Source: Bryobacteraceae bacterium
GTDB lineage: Bacteria > Acidobacteriota > Terriglobia > Bryobacterales > Bryobacteraceae
Assembly: GCA_035295745.1 (NCBI GenBank)
Contig: DATGIL010000007.1
Span: 50,062-114,061, forward strand
DNA: 64,000 nucleotides
Reading direction: 5' to 3'
In this document: positions 1-10,203 of the stretch, piece by piece
Position numbering within the stretch: position 1 is the stretch's first letter
How the letters are laid out: each line of letters starts with the position of its first letter
The notes under the pieces: generated by a model
The model's database searches: none
Told to the model about the DNA's origin: nothing
The model's input: only the letters and a program-made list of their open reading frames with translations
Position numbers and translations under genes: made by a program

Positions 1-661
1 CGGCGTAGAGCGTTCCTTTTCTTACGTCGTAACGGAAGAACGCTTGGGAGGAACCATCGTCCGCAACTCCGTAGGCCACGGTCCGGTCCGGTGTCGTCTC
101 TACCTGGGCCAGGATGATCTGGGTCGGGAACGTCGGCGTTTTGGCGGGTATCTGTTGCGTCGCCAACGCCGCAAACGTCGTGAGTACATTAACCAGGCCC
201 GATACCGGATCGAACTGCAGGAGGCTGGAGCTGGTTACCACCATCGCCGTTCCGTCGGCAAGGAATGCCAGACCCAACGGAGTATCTCCGGTAGTAAACG
301 TCTGCCGTGTACCATCGTTAAGGTTAATTAAAGTGAGTGCGTTCGTTCCAGTGGCGGGCGTCTTGACATTGCCGAAGTGAGCCACCAGGAGAAATTGATT
401 GTCCGGAGAGATGGAAATCGCGCCGGGTTGCGCAGCCACATTCATGGAGGTGTTAATCGAGCCGTCGGCCAGCGACATCACCTCGATACGATTCGCCGTG
501 AAGTTCGCGATGTACAGCACGCCGCGCGATTCATCCAGCGCAATATCGGATGCGTGGCCGCCGATTGGAACCACGGCTCCAAAAGTGGCTGCATGAGAGG
601 GGGTGACAGCGCTCGTCAGAGCGACCGCCAACATAACCGAAATCAGAACACCGTTGCGCAT
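1..661 (-). CDS. Secreted beta-propeller repeat protein (YVTN-like), N-terminal 220 aa; gene runs off the left window edge
   Basis: Reverse-strand reading frame is open from ATG at 661-659 to position 1 with no stop (translated by hand). N-terminus MRNGVLISVMLAVALTSAVTPSHAAT is a signal peptide. Repeated GVLYIANFTANRIEV / DNQFLLVAHFGN motifs are typical of YVTN beta-propeller repeats. Absent from the ORF track because it has no stop inside the window. Confidence 0.55.
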   Translation of the reverse strand, partial: MRNGVLISVMLAVALTSAVTPSHAATFGAVVPIGGHASDIALDESRGVLYIANFTANRIEVMSLADGSINTSMNVAAQPGAISISPDNQFLLVAHFGNVKTPATGTNALTLINLNDGTRQTFTTGDTPLGLAFLADGTAMVVTSSSLLQFDPVSGLVNVLTTFAALATQQIPAKTPTFPTQIILAQVETTPDRTVAYGVADDGSSQAFFRYDVRKGTLYA

Positions 662-839
662 AGAAAATGACCCTTCGAACGTTCCGATTAAATGCCTCCA
701 GCGCCATGGAATCAATAATCGATATGGCTAGTAAGTCCTGCATTACCAAAGTTAGCCAAGATTTTTGAGGTGATTCTTCATATACTCGACGCGTGGGAAG
801 AGGGCTGCTCGCGCTTGAGGCAGCCAGGGAACGAAGGCC

Positions 840-3164
840 ATGAAGAAATTTCAATCAAAAGTCGCGCCCGTGTTCATCCTGACGATGATTTCGTCAGCGC
901 TGCTCATTCCGGACTCTTACGCACAAAACTTGGGCAGCACGGTGACCGTGGCGCCATTGCCCGATGGCGCCTATTTCAGCGTCGACGGCCAGATTTACAG
1001 TCACGCGATGAGCGCCATTTGGCCAGCGGGCAGCAAGCACACTCTATCAGTCGATTCCCTGCTTCAGGGCGGCTCGTCACAGCTGAAAACTCAGTTCACT
1101 TTTAAGAATTGGACTAGTAATATCGGAGCGGTGCAGGGCGGCACCAATACAATTATAGTCACTGCCGACCCTGCAATTACTTACTATCATGCGAACTTCG
1201 ACCTGCAGTATGCGCTGAGTCTGATCTTCTTCAGTTGCCCCGATCCGACTAACTGCGCGAGCCCAGGCATCATTTATGTGGGCGGGGCGCCCTACAGCAC
1301 CACGCAGGACATTTACATGTCGGCGTTAAGCTCGGTAATCCTGACCGCGGCGCCGAACCCGGGCTGGGTCTTCACCGGGTGGCAGCCGGGCCCGAACCAG
1401 AACATCCAAGGCACTACGGACACGGTAGTCCTAAACGGTCCGGTGATGGTCTACCCTGTCTTTCGCCAGGCCCGCACCATCAATCTAAATAGCTCGCCCT
1501 CCGGCTTGACTCTGCTCGCGGACCGCACCAAAGTTCCCACCCCGACCGCCCTCGAATGGGGATGGGACACCACTCACACTCTCGGAGTAGTCAGCCCGCA
1601 ACTCGATAATTCGGGTAAGTGGTGGGCCTTCCAGTCATGGAGTGATGGCGGAGTCGCCACCCACGCCTACACCGTAACTGACTCACAGACGCCCGATTCA
1701 ATCACTGCCGTCTTTGCTCCCGCGGCCTCTGTCCTGTACGCGACCACCCCCAACGGACTTACACTCAGCATCGACGGACGGACTAACTGGACGAGTTATG
1801 GCTTTGTGTGGGGTGTCGGCGAGACGCATCACTTTGAGGCTCCCGCGCAGCAGACCGACTCCACCGGGCACGTTTGGGCTTTCAGTTCGTGGTCGAATGG
1901 GGGGCCGGCGGCGCAGGATTTCACCGTGCCCGCAAGTGCTGTCGATACCGGAGTCCATTTCACTGCCACCTATAGCCCGATGGGGCACTTGACCGTGGCA
2001 GCCAGCGTCCCCAATCTGACTATTCAAGTGGACGGCAAGGATTGCGCAACACCCTGTGATGTCATACGCCCGGTGGGCACTTCTGTACATTTGAGTACAG
2101 CCGCTTCGATCCCGGTGACGGACGGGGTGCGCAACGATTTCGTGGGTTGGCCGGGTAGCGGCTCTTCGTCTTCGGACTGGAATGTGACGCTCACTGCCGA
2201 CCCCATGAATCTTGTGGCAAGCTACCACGTCATGAACCGCCTGGCTGCGTCCTCGACGCCTCCCCAGGGGGCCACCTGGTCGATGACTCCGAATTCCCCA
2301 GATGGCTTCTACGATGCCCAGACCATGGTCAGCGTCGGCGTCACGGCGTTGCCCGGCTATCGCTTCCACTCCTGGAGCGGCGATCTGACGGGCACCAAAC
2401 CGGTCGGCACGCTCGCCATGAACGCGCCGAGATCGGTGCAGGCCCAACTCGATCCCATTCCCTACATCGCGCCCACGGGTGTAAGCAATGCCGCTGGCGC
2501 CACACCCCAAAGCGGAGTGGCCCCCGGATCTGTGGTCGCCATCTTCGGCGCGAGCTTTGCGACCGATACCGCGGTGGGCCCCACCAGCCCACTCGCGCAG
2601 ACGCTCGGCGGCGTCACGGCCACGGTGGGGAGCCGCTACGTTCCTCTGTTCTTTGTTTCTCCCACGCAGATCAATTTGCAACTGCCCGACGATCTGGGCC
2701 TGGGTGCGCAGACGCTGACCGTGAATTCGACGGGGCTGCCGGCGGTCACTGCCACATTCACCGCGGTGCGCAATGCGCCTGGCCTGTTCTCGCAGACGGT
2801 GGGAACCAACCTGTTCGCCATCGCCCTGCATGAGGATGGCACGGCGGTGACAGCTGACTCGCCTGCAAAGCATGGCGAGTTGCTAACAGTCTACGGCACA
2901 GGCTTCGGGCCGGCAGATCATGCTCGTCCCGAAGGCTTCCCAGTGCCTTCCGATCCGCCCTTCCTGCTGCTGGACTCGCCCACGATTTTAGTCGGCGATA
3001 GCGCGATCCTAGCCGCGGCGAACGCCTTCGTCGTGCCCGGACGGATTGGCATCGATGCAGTGCAATTTCGTCTGGACGATACCGCGCCCACCGGAACCAA
3101 TGCCAATCTGCATGTAACGATCAACGGCCAGGACAGCAATACGGTCCTGCTGCCGATTCAGTAA
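840..3164 (+). CDS. Large secreted repeat protein with a C-terminal domain resembling the Acidobacteria-type 'soil-associated' C-terminal domain
   Basis: 774 aa ORF. N-terminal signal peptide MKKFQSKVAPVFILTMISSALLIPDSYAQ. Repetitive Ig-like segments (GW..P...W.F..W). C-terminal 250 aa (SPTQINLQLPDD...LTVYGTGFGP) is similar in pattern to the C-terminus of the NHL protein at 43012-44963. Confidence 0.6.
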   Translation: MKKFQSKVAPVFILTMISSALLIPDSYAQNLGSTVTVAPLPDGAYFSVDGQIYSHAMSAIWPAGSKHTLSVDSLLQGGSSQLKTQFTFKNWTSNIGAVQGGTNTIIVTADPAITYYHANFDLQYALSLIFFSCPDPTNCASPGIIYVGGAPYSTTQDIYMSALSSVILTAAPNPGWVFTGWQPGPNQNIQGTTDTVVLNGPVMVYPVFRQARTINLNSSPSGLTLLADRTKVPTPTALEWGWDTTHTLGVVSPQLDNSGKWWAFQSWSDGGVATHAYTVTDSQTPDSITAVFAPAASVLYATTPNGLTLSIDGRTNWTSYGFVWGVGETHHFEAPAQQTDSTGHVWAFSSWSNGGPAAQDFTVPASAVDTGVHFTATYSPMGHLTVAASVPNLTIQVDGKDCATPCDVIRPVGTSVHLSTAASIPVTDGVRNDFVGWPGSGSSSSDWNVTLTADPMNLVASYHVMNRLAASSTPPQGATWSMTPNSPDGFYDAQTMVSVGVTALPGYRFHSWSGDLTGTKPVGTLAMNAPRSVQAQLDPIPYIAPTGVSNAAGATPQSGVAPGSVVAIFGASFATDTAVGPTSPLAQTLGGVTATVGSRYVPLFFVSPTQINLQLPDDLGLGAQTLTVNSTGLPAVTATFTAVRNAPGLFSQTVGTNLFAIALHEDGTAVTADSPAKHGELLTVYGTGFGPADHARPEGFPVPSDPPFLLLDSPTILVGDSAILAAANAFVVPGRIGIDAVQFRLDDTAPTGTNANLHVTINGQDSNTVLLPIQ

Positions 3165-3188
3165 CTACAGCTTCCACTTTTCGCCACG

Positions 3189-3224
3189 AATGCCCATGGC
3201 TCGCAAGGACCATGGGCATTTTTG
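3189..3224 (+). terminator. Rho-independent terminator downstream of the 840-3164 gene
   Basis: Inverted repeat AATGCCCATGG ... CCATGGGCATT followed by TTTTGC, 25 bp after the stop codon. Confidence 0.6.
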
Positions 3225-3257
3225 CAACTACCGCCGAATTCCTAACGTTTAGTAGAC

Positions 3258-4223
3258 ATGCGGCCATCCATTTTCCTGGTGCCTGTTCTTCTATTCAGCG
3301 GCGCGTTGTGGGCGCAGGATCAGGTCTTCCGCGTCAGTTCCGAACTCGTAGTCGTCGACGCCCAGGTGACCAATCGTAAAACGGGCGCCACCGTCGGCTC
3401 TCTGCAGCAGGGCGATTTGGAGGTCTTCGAGGACGGCATTCGTCAGCAAATCGCCTCCTTCAGCCGCGACAAACTCCCGCTCTCCATCGTCTTCCTGTTC
3501 GACCTCACCGATAGCGTCCAGCCCGTGCTGATCCCCTTGGCACAAGGCGCCGCCCAAGCCCTCGAGCACCTCAAACCGGAAGACGAGATCGCCGTGATGG
3601 TCTATCAGGAAGAGGCCTCACTCCTGCAGGACTTCACTAACGACCGCGAACTCGCGATCGCCGCAATCCGCCGAGCGGGAACAGGACAGAGAGAAGCCAG
3701 CGCCAATGCCTTCTTCAACGAAGGTGTCTTCCAGGCAGCGGCGCAAGCTGGAAAAAGCGCCAACCCGTCCAGCCGGCGCGTCATCATCTGGCTTACCGAC
3801 AACGTTCCCAACATCCCGCACGACGGTATTCATACCGAACAGGAGGCGCTTCGCGCGGTCAGCGATTCCGGTACGGTGGTCTGCTCCCTGTTGGAATTCA
3901 GCGCCATGTCGCGTACCATGTCCGTGCTGTTCAAACACAACCCGATGTTTCTCGGCTCGCGTACACACCATCCTCCCGGCGATGTCAACCATTACGCCGA
4001 TCAAAGCGGCGGCATCGTACTGAAGTCGAGCAAGGAAGAGATCGCGGATAATCTGGCCCGGCTGATCGACGAGCTTCGCAGCCGCTACAGCATCGGCTAC
4101 AAACCCGCGAACGATAGGTCCGGCACGGAACGATTTCACCGCATCGAAGTACGGCCTACGAAAGCCGCCGAGCAGCGTCTTGGCCGCATGGTGATTAAAA
4201 CGCGAACCGGATACTATCGCTGA
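3258..4223 (+). CDS. VWA (von Willebrand factor A) domain protein, Acidobacteria-type secreted form
   Basis: 321 aa. Signal peptide MRPSIFLVPVLLFSGALWAQ. N-terminal beta-rich segment followed by a VWA-like core (SIVFLFDLTDS, RRVIIWLTDNVPN). Typical of the acidobacterial VWFA-related family. Confidence 0.6.
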   Translation: MRPSIFLVPVLLFSGALWAQDQVFRVSSELVVVDAQVTNRKTGATVGSLQQGDLEVFEDGIRQQIASFSRDKLPLSIVFLFDLTDSVQPVLIPLAQGAAQALEHLKPEDEIAVMVYQEEASLLQDFTNDRELAIAAIRRAGTGQREASANAFFNEGVFQAAAQAGKSANPSSRRVIIWLTDNVPNIPHDGIHTEQEALRAVSDSGTVVCSLLEFSAMSRTMSVLFKHNPMFLGSRTHHPPGDVNHYADQSGGIVLKSSKEEIADNLARLIDELRSRYSIGYKPANDRSGTERFHRIEVRPTKAAEQRLGRMVIKTRTGYYR

Positions 4224-4226
4224 CGT

Positions 4227-6728
4227 CTACTCCCAACGCAGCGCGTTCATAGGATCGATCGTGGTGGCCCGTCTCGCGGGAATGTATCCTGCCATCGCGG
4301 TCACGGCGGTGATTCCCAACGCCGCCCCCGCCATGGTCAGCAGATCGATCGGGTTGACTCCGAATAGCTGCGCCTGCACCAGTCGCGTCAGGGCAACGGT
4401 ACCGGCCAAGCCGATTGCCACGCCCACTCCGGCGACGGTGAGCGTCTCGCTCAGCACCATCCACAGCACACTGCGGTGGCCTGCGCCCAGCGCCATGCGA
4501 ATGCCGATCTCGCGCGTTCGCCGCGCCACCATGAACGCCATCACGCCGTACAGGCCGAGCGCCGCGAGCAGCGTCGCCAGCAAGCCGAAGACGCTCGAAA
4601 GAGTGGCAAGCAGCCTCTCGGTCAGGAGCGAGATCTCCAACTGGTCGGTCATCGTACGCATATCGTAAACCGGCACGCCCGGATCCACTGTACGCGCCTG
4701 AGACCGCACCAGATCGATCGTCCCGGCAGTGTCGCTTCCAGCCCGCACATACATCGTGCCGCCACCCGCAAAACCCTTCTGATCAAACGGCACGTAGAGC
4801 TCGTCGGGGATCTCTTCGCGCATATTCTCGTATTTCGTATCGCCGACCACTCCCACGATCTCTATATCGGTTTTGGTTCCGGGATCGATTCCCATGCCGA
4901 TGTGACGGCCCAGCGGTTCGCTGGCGCCAAAATACCGTTTGGCGAATTTCTGGTTCACGATGCCAACCTTGGGCGCTCCCTTGATATCGCGTTCCGTGAA
5001 ATCGCGGCCCCTCACCACCGGAATCTTCAAGGTCTTGAAGAAGCCCGGACTGCAATACTGCATGTGTGGATCGGGACGCCCGTCCGGCTTGGCCGCGTAC
5101 CCTTCAATGGTGACCCAGTTATCCCACTCGTTATTCTCCAGTACAGGAACCACCGCGATACTGTGAGACTCCACGCCGGGAAGCGCGCTCAGCCGTTCAT
5201 GCAAGCGTCGATAGTAGTCCTCGGTCCCGGTGGGATCATAGTGGCTCAGGGTGGGATCGACACTGAATGCCACGACACCTTGAACATCGAATCCCGGATT
5301 CAGCATCTTGAGATTGCGCAGGCTCTGCAGAAATAGCCCCGCGCCGATAATCAGCAGCAGGGACAAGGACACCTGGCCCACCACCAGCCCTTTGCGCAGC
5401 GCGGCGGAGCCGCCGCGAATCACCGCACCAGCCTGATCTTTCAGTGTATCGGCCAAACCAGGCCGCGTGGACTGGAGTGCTGGAAGCAGGCCGAAGAGAA
5501 TTCCCGCCGCGACCGAAGTCACAAACGTGAACGCCAGCATGGTCCAATCCGGCGTGCTGGAAAGGGACAGCGGCGTGTGTCCGGAAGGCAAAAATCGAAT
5601 CAAAGCTCCATCGATCACTACCGCCAGGCCCACACCCAACGCACCTCCGAGCGCCGACAGCAACAGGCTCTCCATCAGTAATTGGCGAACCAGGCCGCCG
5701 CGCCACGCGCCTAATGCGAGCCGCACCGCCATTTCCTTCTGCCGTGCCGAAGCGCGTGCGATCAGCAGATTCGCCACATTCGAGCAGGCGATCAGGAGCA
5801 CCAGGCCCACAATGCTCATCAACGCATACAGTGGCTTGGAGTAGTCCCGGCGCAGATTCGAACGTCCTTTCGATCCCGGCGTCACCTCCATCCACATCTT
5901 GAGAAACTCATCCTTTACCACCGGCGACGCTTTGGAGAACGGCGCCTCCGTCACCTCACGATTCAAAATCTGGTGAAAGAGCGGCTGTAATCCGGCCTGC
6001 GCCTTGTCCATCGACATACCCGGTTTCAAGCGGCCAAAGACCTCCACCCAGCGGAAACGGTCGTTTTTCAATCGCGGAAATTCCGAGTGGGGTAAGTCAT
6101 CCTTCATCATCACCGGGATACGAATTTGCGGAGCCCGCCCCGGCTCCACTCCGTCGAAACCCGGGCTGCTGACCCCGATAATCGTGAGCGCTCGCCCGTT
6201 GACGACGATCTCCTTGCCGACAATTCCAGGATCCGCCGCAAAGCGTGCGCGCCAGTAGCCATAGCTGAGCACCGCCAATGGATGGCCCCCGATCGTCACG
6301 TCGTCGGAAGGCCCAAAAACGCGGCCAACTGCCGCACCCACGCCGAGCACCGGGAAATAGGTGCCGGAAACAAAGTCGGCGCCGATCAATTCCGTCGAGC
6401 CCTGGAAAGTCGCGCTCACGGTATTCGGATAGGTGCAGAAGAGTCCGCTGAAGACTTCATTCTTGTCGCGGATCTCCTGATACATCGGGTACGAGAGGCG
6501 GTCGGGTCCGTTGTTGCCGCCGTAGTGCTTGCCGCGTCCCGCAAGCATCACGAGTTGCTCCGGATCTTTTACCGGCAGCGATTGCAGAATGAGCTGATGG
6601 ATGAGAGTAAAGATGGCCGTGTTCGCGCCGATACCAAGGGCTAGAGAGAGGACGGAGACGCATAAAAAGACAGGCGACTTGCGCAGCGTGCGAACGGAAT
6701 ATCGGAAATCGCGCAGAATAGCTGGCAT
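4227..6728 (-). CDS. ABC transporter permease, MacB/FtsX family (ADOP-type, duplicated FtsX domains)
   Basis: 833 aa. N-terminus MPAILRDFRYSVRTLRKSPVFLCVSVLSLALGIGANTAIFTLI is the canonical ADOP/MacB permease start. Two FtsX-like C-terminal TM bundles (REIGIRMALGA...). Confidence 0.85.
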   Translation of the reverse strand: MPAILRDFRYSVRTLRKSPVFLCVSVLSLALGIGANTAIFTLIHQLILQSLPVKDPEQLVMLAGRGKHYGGNNGPDRLSYPMYQEIRDKNEVFSGLFCTYPNTVSATFQGSTELIGADFVSGTYFPVLGVGAAVGRVFGPSDDVTIGGHPLAVLSYGYWRARFAADPGIVGKEIVVNGRALTIIGVSSPGFDGVEPGRAPQIRIPVMMKDDLPHSEFPRLKNDRFRWVEVFGRLKPGMSMDKAQAGLQPLFHQILNREVTEAPFSKASPVVKDEFLKMWMEVTPGSKGRSNLRRDYSKPLYALMSIVGLVLLIACSNVANLLIARASARQKEMAVRLALGAWRGGLVRQLLMESLLLSALGGALGVGLAVVIDGALIRFLPSGHTPLSLSSTPDWTMLAFTFVTSVAAGILFGLLPALQSTRPGLADTLKDQAGAVIRGGSAALRKGLVVGQVSLSLLLIIGAGLFLQSLRNLKMLNPGFDVQGVVAFSVDPTLSHYDPTGTEDYYRRLHERLSALPGVESHSIAVVPVLENNEWDNWVTIEGYAAKPDGRPDPHMQYCSPGFFKTLKIPVVRGRDFTERDIKGAPKVGIVNQKFAKRYFGASEPLGRHIGMGIDPGTKTDIEIVGVVGDTKYENMREEIPDELYVPFDQKGFAGGGTMYVRAGSDTAGTIDLVRSQARTVDPGVPVYDMRTMTDQLEISLLTERLLATLSSVFGLLATLLAALGLYGVMAFMVARRTREIGIRMALGAGHRSVLWMVLSETLTVAGVGVAIGLAGTVALTRLVQAQLFGVNPIDLLTMAGAALGITAVTAMAGYIPARRATTIDPMNALRWE

Positions 6729-6805
6729 CGCCGGTTATACTCCGCAACTTCCCAAAAGTTACACGTGGTTCGGATCGCTGCGGTCGTCAGCGCGTATTCG
6801 CTATC

Positions 6806-7366
6806 ATGATGATCATGGGCACGACGGCGTTGGTCAGCCTGCAAGATTTCGAGGATCTCGAAATATCCGAGGATGTTGAACTGCTGAGAGGAGAGTTGGT
6901 CCACATGTCCCTTCCGGTGGCGCTGCACGCGGATATCTGCGAGCGAATTTACGATCCCCTCAGAGAGGCCTTCAAACGCCGGCAGGCCGGCAACCCGAAT
7001 GTCCCATGCGGGCACGTTCATTTCGAAGTGGGCTATCTCCTTACTGAAGATCCCCCGACGCTCCTGGGACCAGACGTCAGCATCACTCACCCGAACCAGC
7101 CCGTCAATCGCTTCTACCAAGGCGCGCCTGCCGTAGTCTTCGAAGTCATTTCCGCAAACGACCGCGCTCAGCGCCTGGAAGAGAAGATCGCCGAGTATTT
7201 GGATCATGGGGCCGGCGAGGTCTGGGCGATCTTTCCCGCTACACGCCACGCCTGGGTCTACCGCCAGGGTACGGCACGTCTCGAAACCGAAACAATCCGC
7301 TCCGACTTCTTTCCCGAGGTCGAAATCCCGCTCCACGACCTGCTCTCGTCAGCTTCCCCGGTTTGA
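6806..7366 (+). CDS. Uma2-family (DUF820) putative restriction-endonuclease-like protein
   Basis: 186 aa. Motifs ...PDVSITHPNQ... and ...EKIAEYLDHGAGEVWAIFP... are characteristic of the Uma2/DUF820 PD-(D/E)xK family. Confidence 0.65.
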   Translation: MMIMGTTALVSLQDFEDLEISEDVELLRGELVHMSLPVALHADICERIYDPLREAFKRRQAGNPNVPCGHVHFEVGYLLTEDPPTLLGPDVSITHPNQPVNRFYQGAPAVVFEVISANDRAQRLEEKIAEYLDHGAGEVWAIFPATRHAWVYRQGTARLETETIRSDFFPEVEIPLHDLLSSASPV

Positions 7367-7400
7367 CACCCTCATTTTGGTGCTGTTAGCCTGAATTTTC

Positions 7401-8504
7401 ATGCCATCGGCGCCTTCGCTTCGCACAACTCCGCTCCACTCTGTCCATTGCGGCCTGAGCGCCAAGATGGTGGACTTCGGCGGCTGGGATATGCCCGTCC
7501 AATACTCGGGCATCATCGAAGAACACCACGCCGTGCGCCGCGCCGTTGGAGTCTTCGATGTGAGCCACATGGGCGAGATCGAAATCAGCGGCCCCGAAGC
7601 AGCCAGGCTCACCGATTTCATCACCACCAACCACGCTGCGAAACTCAAAATCGGGCAGGCGCACTACTCCGGACTGCTCTACGAAACCGGCGGCTTCGTC
7701 GACGACATCCTGGTGTACAAGGTCGCGGACGACCACTTCTTCCTGTGCGTCAACGCCTCGAACCAGGACAAAGATTTCGAGCACATCTGCTCTGCGAACC
7801 GTTTCGACGCACAGGTGGAAAATGCCGGCGAACGCTACTCGCAACTCGCCATACAGGGGCCCAAAGCGCTCGCCACCCTGCAGAAGCTGACGCCGGTCGA
7901 CCTCTCCACCATCCGCTATTACTGGTTCAAAGATGGGGAAGTCGCCGGTACTCCGGCGCGTATTGCGTACACGGGCTACACCGGAGAAGTCGGGTTCGAG
8001 ATCTTCGTACCGCCTTCGGAGGCAAAGCGCATCTGGGCACTCGTGCTCGAGTCCGGCGCCGAGTTCGGCATCAAGCCTTGCGGACTGGGCGCACGCAACA
8101 CGCTCCGCCTCGAAGCCAAGATGGCCCTCTACGGGCACGAAATCGATGCCTCCATCTCGCCGCTCGAAGCGGATCTCAGTTGGATCGTCAAGCTCGACAA
8201 GGGAGACTTCATTGGCCGCGATGCACTCCTGCGTCAGAAAGAAAAGGGCCTCACGCGCAAGCTCATCGGCTTCGAAATGCGCGGCCGGGGCATCGGTCGC
8301 GATGGCTACGAGGTGATGATCGACGGCGTTCCCGCGGGATGGGTCACCAGCGGATCCCCTTCGCCAACCTTATGTAAGAACATCGGGCTCTGTTATCTCC
8401 CCATCGCCCAGGCGCACCCGGGCCAGGCCATTCAAATCATGATCCGCAACCAGCCTGTGGATGCGGTGACCGTCGAAACTCCGTTTTATAAACGAGCGAA
8501 ATAG
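7401..8504 (+). CDS. gcvT: Glycine cleavage system T protein (aminomethyltransferase)
   Basis: LRTTPLHSVHCGLSAKMVDFGGWDMPVQY...GVFDVSHMGEIEISG is the conserved GcvT N-terminus. 367 aa. First gene of the gcvT-H-PA-PB block. Confidence 0.9.
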   Translation: MPSAPSLRTTPLHSVHCGLSAKMVDFGGWDMPVQYSGIIEEHHAVRRAVGVFDVSHMGEIEISGPEAARLTDFITTNHAAKLKIGQAHYSGLLYETGGFVDDILVYKVADDHFFLCVNASNQDKDFEHICSANRFDAQVENAGERYSQLAIQGPKALATLQKLTPVDLSTIRYYWFKDGEVAGTPARIAYTGYTGEVGFEIFVPPSEAKRIWALVLESGAEFGIKPCGLGARNTLRLEAKMALYGHEIDASISPLEADLSWIVKLDKGDFIGRDALLRQKEKGLTRKLIGFEMRGRGIGRDGYEVMIDGVPAGWVTSGSPSPTLCKNIGLCYLPIAQAHPGQAIQIMIRNQPVDAVTVETPFYKRAK

Positions 8505-8505
8505 A

Positions 8506-8889
8506 ATGTATCCAGAAAACTTTCGGTACACCAAGGAACACGAATGGGTCCTCGCCGAGGGGGACACTGCGACCGTCGGCATCACCGATCACGCGCAAGA
8601 GGAATTGGGCGACATCGTGTACGTAGACTTGCCAAAAGCCGGCACGCACCTCGAGCAGGGTAAGAGCCTGGGTTCGGTGGAATCGGTCAAGGCCGTTTCC
8701 GACATCTACTCGCCGGTTAGCGGCGAAGTCACCGAAATCAACGCGATCCTGGCCGATTCGCCGGAGAAACTGAACGAAGATCCGCATGGCGCTGCCTGGC
8801 TCGTCAAGATGAAGCTCAGCGCCCCCGAAGAGGTAAAGAATCTAATGTCCGCCTCCGATTATCAAACGTATATAGGAGCCGAAAAGTAG
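8506..8889 (+). CDS. gcvH: Glycine cleavage system H protein (lipoyl carrier)
   Basis: 127 aa. YTKEHEWV...VGITDHAQEELGDIVYVDLP...ESVKAVSDIYSPVSGEV contains the lipoyl-lysine (K in ESVKAV) motif. Confidence 0.9.
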   Translation: MYPENFRYTKEHEWVLAEGDTATVGITDHAQEELGDIVYVDLPKAGTHLEQGKSLGSVESVKAVSDIYSPVSGEVTEINAILADSPEKLNEDPHGAAWLVKMKLSAPEEVKNLMSASDYQTYIGAEK

Positions 8890-10203
8890 TTGCGCTATCT
8901 TCCGAAGTCTGAATCTGAGCGCCGCCAGATCCTGGACGCCTGCGGCGTGAGTTCCCCCGATGAGCTGTTTGCACACCTGCCTGAAGCGGTTCGGCTTAAG
9001 CGGCCGCTCGATCTGGCGCCGGGGATCTCCGAGTACGAGATCGTTCAGTATTTCCGCGACCGCGGCGATGAAAACGGCAAGGGCTACCCGTCCTTCCTGG
9101 GCGCCGGTGTGTATCATCATTTCCGCCCGGTCCTCGTCGATACGGTAGTTTCGCGCGGCGAGTTTCTCACGTCCTACACGCCCTATCAAGCGGAAATCGC
9201 GCAGGGCACCCTCACCACCATCTTCGAATTCCAGACCATGATCTGCCAGCTCACCGGCATGGACGTGGCCAACGCCTCGATGTATGACGGCTCCACGGCG
9301 GTTCCCGAAGCCGCCATGATGGCCGTGCGCGCCACCGGCAAAGGACGCGTCCTGATCGCCCGGTCGGTACACCCCGAGTATCGCGAGGTGCTCACTACTT
9401 ACGCCAAACACCAAGGCATGCCGGTAGAGGAGTTCGGCTATGTTCCCGAAGCCGGCACCATCGACCTGGAAGATCTGGACCGGAAGATCGACGATCTCAC
9501 CGGCGCGGTCATTATCCAATCGCCGAACTTCTTCGGAATCGTCGACCAGGTGAAGGCCGCCGCCGGAATCGCACACCAGCGCGGTGCGCTCCTCGTAGTG
9601 ATCTTTACCGAAGCGGTCTCGCTGGGCATCCTGGAGCCACCCGCCGACGCCGATATCGTCGCAGGCGAGTTGCAATCGTTCGCCATCTCCCCTTCGTATG
9701 GCGGACCTTACGCAGGCATCATCGCCACCAAAGACAAGTTCATCCGCCAGATGCCCGGAAGGCTGGTCGGCCAGACCACCGACTCCCGCGGCAATCGCGC
9801 ATTTTGCCTGACGCTCTCCACGCGCGAACAGCACATCCGCCGCGAGAAGGCCACTTCCAATATCTGCACCAATCAGGCGCTCATCGCCCTGATGGCAACG
9901 GTCTTCATGACGGTCTACGGCAAGCAGGGATTGCGTGAGCTCGCGGAACAGAATCTCGCCAAGGCGCATTACCTGGCAAGCAAACTGAAGCCCCGCTTCT
10001 GCGGAAAGTTCTTCAATGAGTTCGTAGTCAAAATCGAAGGCCGCTCCCCCGACGCGATCAACCAGGCGCTGCTGAAGAAAAAGATCATCGGCGGGCTCCC
10101 TCTCGGCCGCTTCTATCCCGAACTGGCCGATTCCCTGCTGCTCTGCGCCACCGAGATGTCACGGCGCGCCGACATGGACACTATCGCGGAGGTGGCCGCA
10201 TGA
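8890..10203 (+). CDS. gcvPA: Glycine dehydrogenase (decarboxylating) subunit 1
   Basis: TTG start immediately after the gcvH stop. [20 protein letters not shown]...[11 protein letters not shown] is typical GcvPA. 437 aa. 4-bp overlap with the next gene. Confidence 0.9.
   Translation: MRYLPKSESERRQILDACGVSSPDELFAHLPEAVRLKRPLDLAPGISEYEIVQYFRDRGDENGKGYPSFLGAGVYHHFRPVLVDTVVSRGEFLTSYTPYQAEIAQGTLTTIFEFQTMICQLTGMDVANASMYDGSTAVPEAAMMAVRATGKGRVLIARSVHPEYREVLTTYAKHQGMPVEEFGYVPEAGTIDLEDLDRKIDDLTGAVIIQSPNFFGIVDQVKAAAGIAHQRGALLVVIFTEAVSLGILEPPADADIVAGELQSFAISPSYGGPYAGIIATKDKFIRQMPGRLVGQTTDSRGNRAFCLTLSTREQHIRREKATSNICTNQALIALMATVFMTVYGKQGLRELAEQNLAKAHYLASKLKPRFCGKFFNEFVVKIEGRSPDAINQALLKKKIIGGLPLGRFYPELADSLLLCATEMSRRADMDTIAEVAA

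Noticed and set aside
1698-2873. Long antisense ORFs in the supplied track. Examples: 1698-2873 (-), 10113-12200 (-), 46277-47617 (-), 50529-51611 (-), 51355-52194 (-), 54821-55606 (-), 60708-61424 (-), and many 60-250-aa ORFs inside annotated genes.
   Set aside because: They lie entirely within or antisense to genes with clear family signatures. Their translations are Arg/Ala/Gly/Pro-rich nonsense, typical of stop-poor alternative frames in 60% GC DNA.
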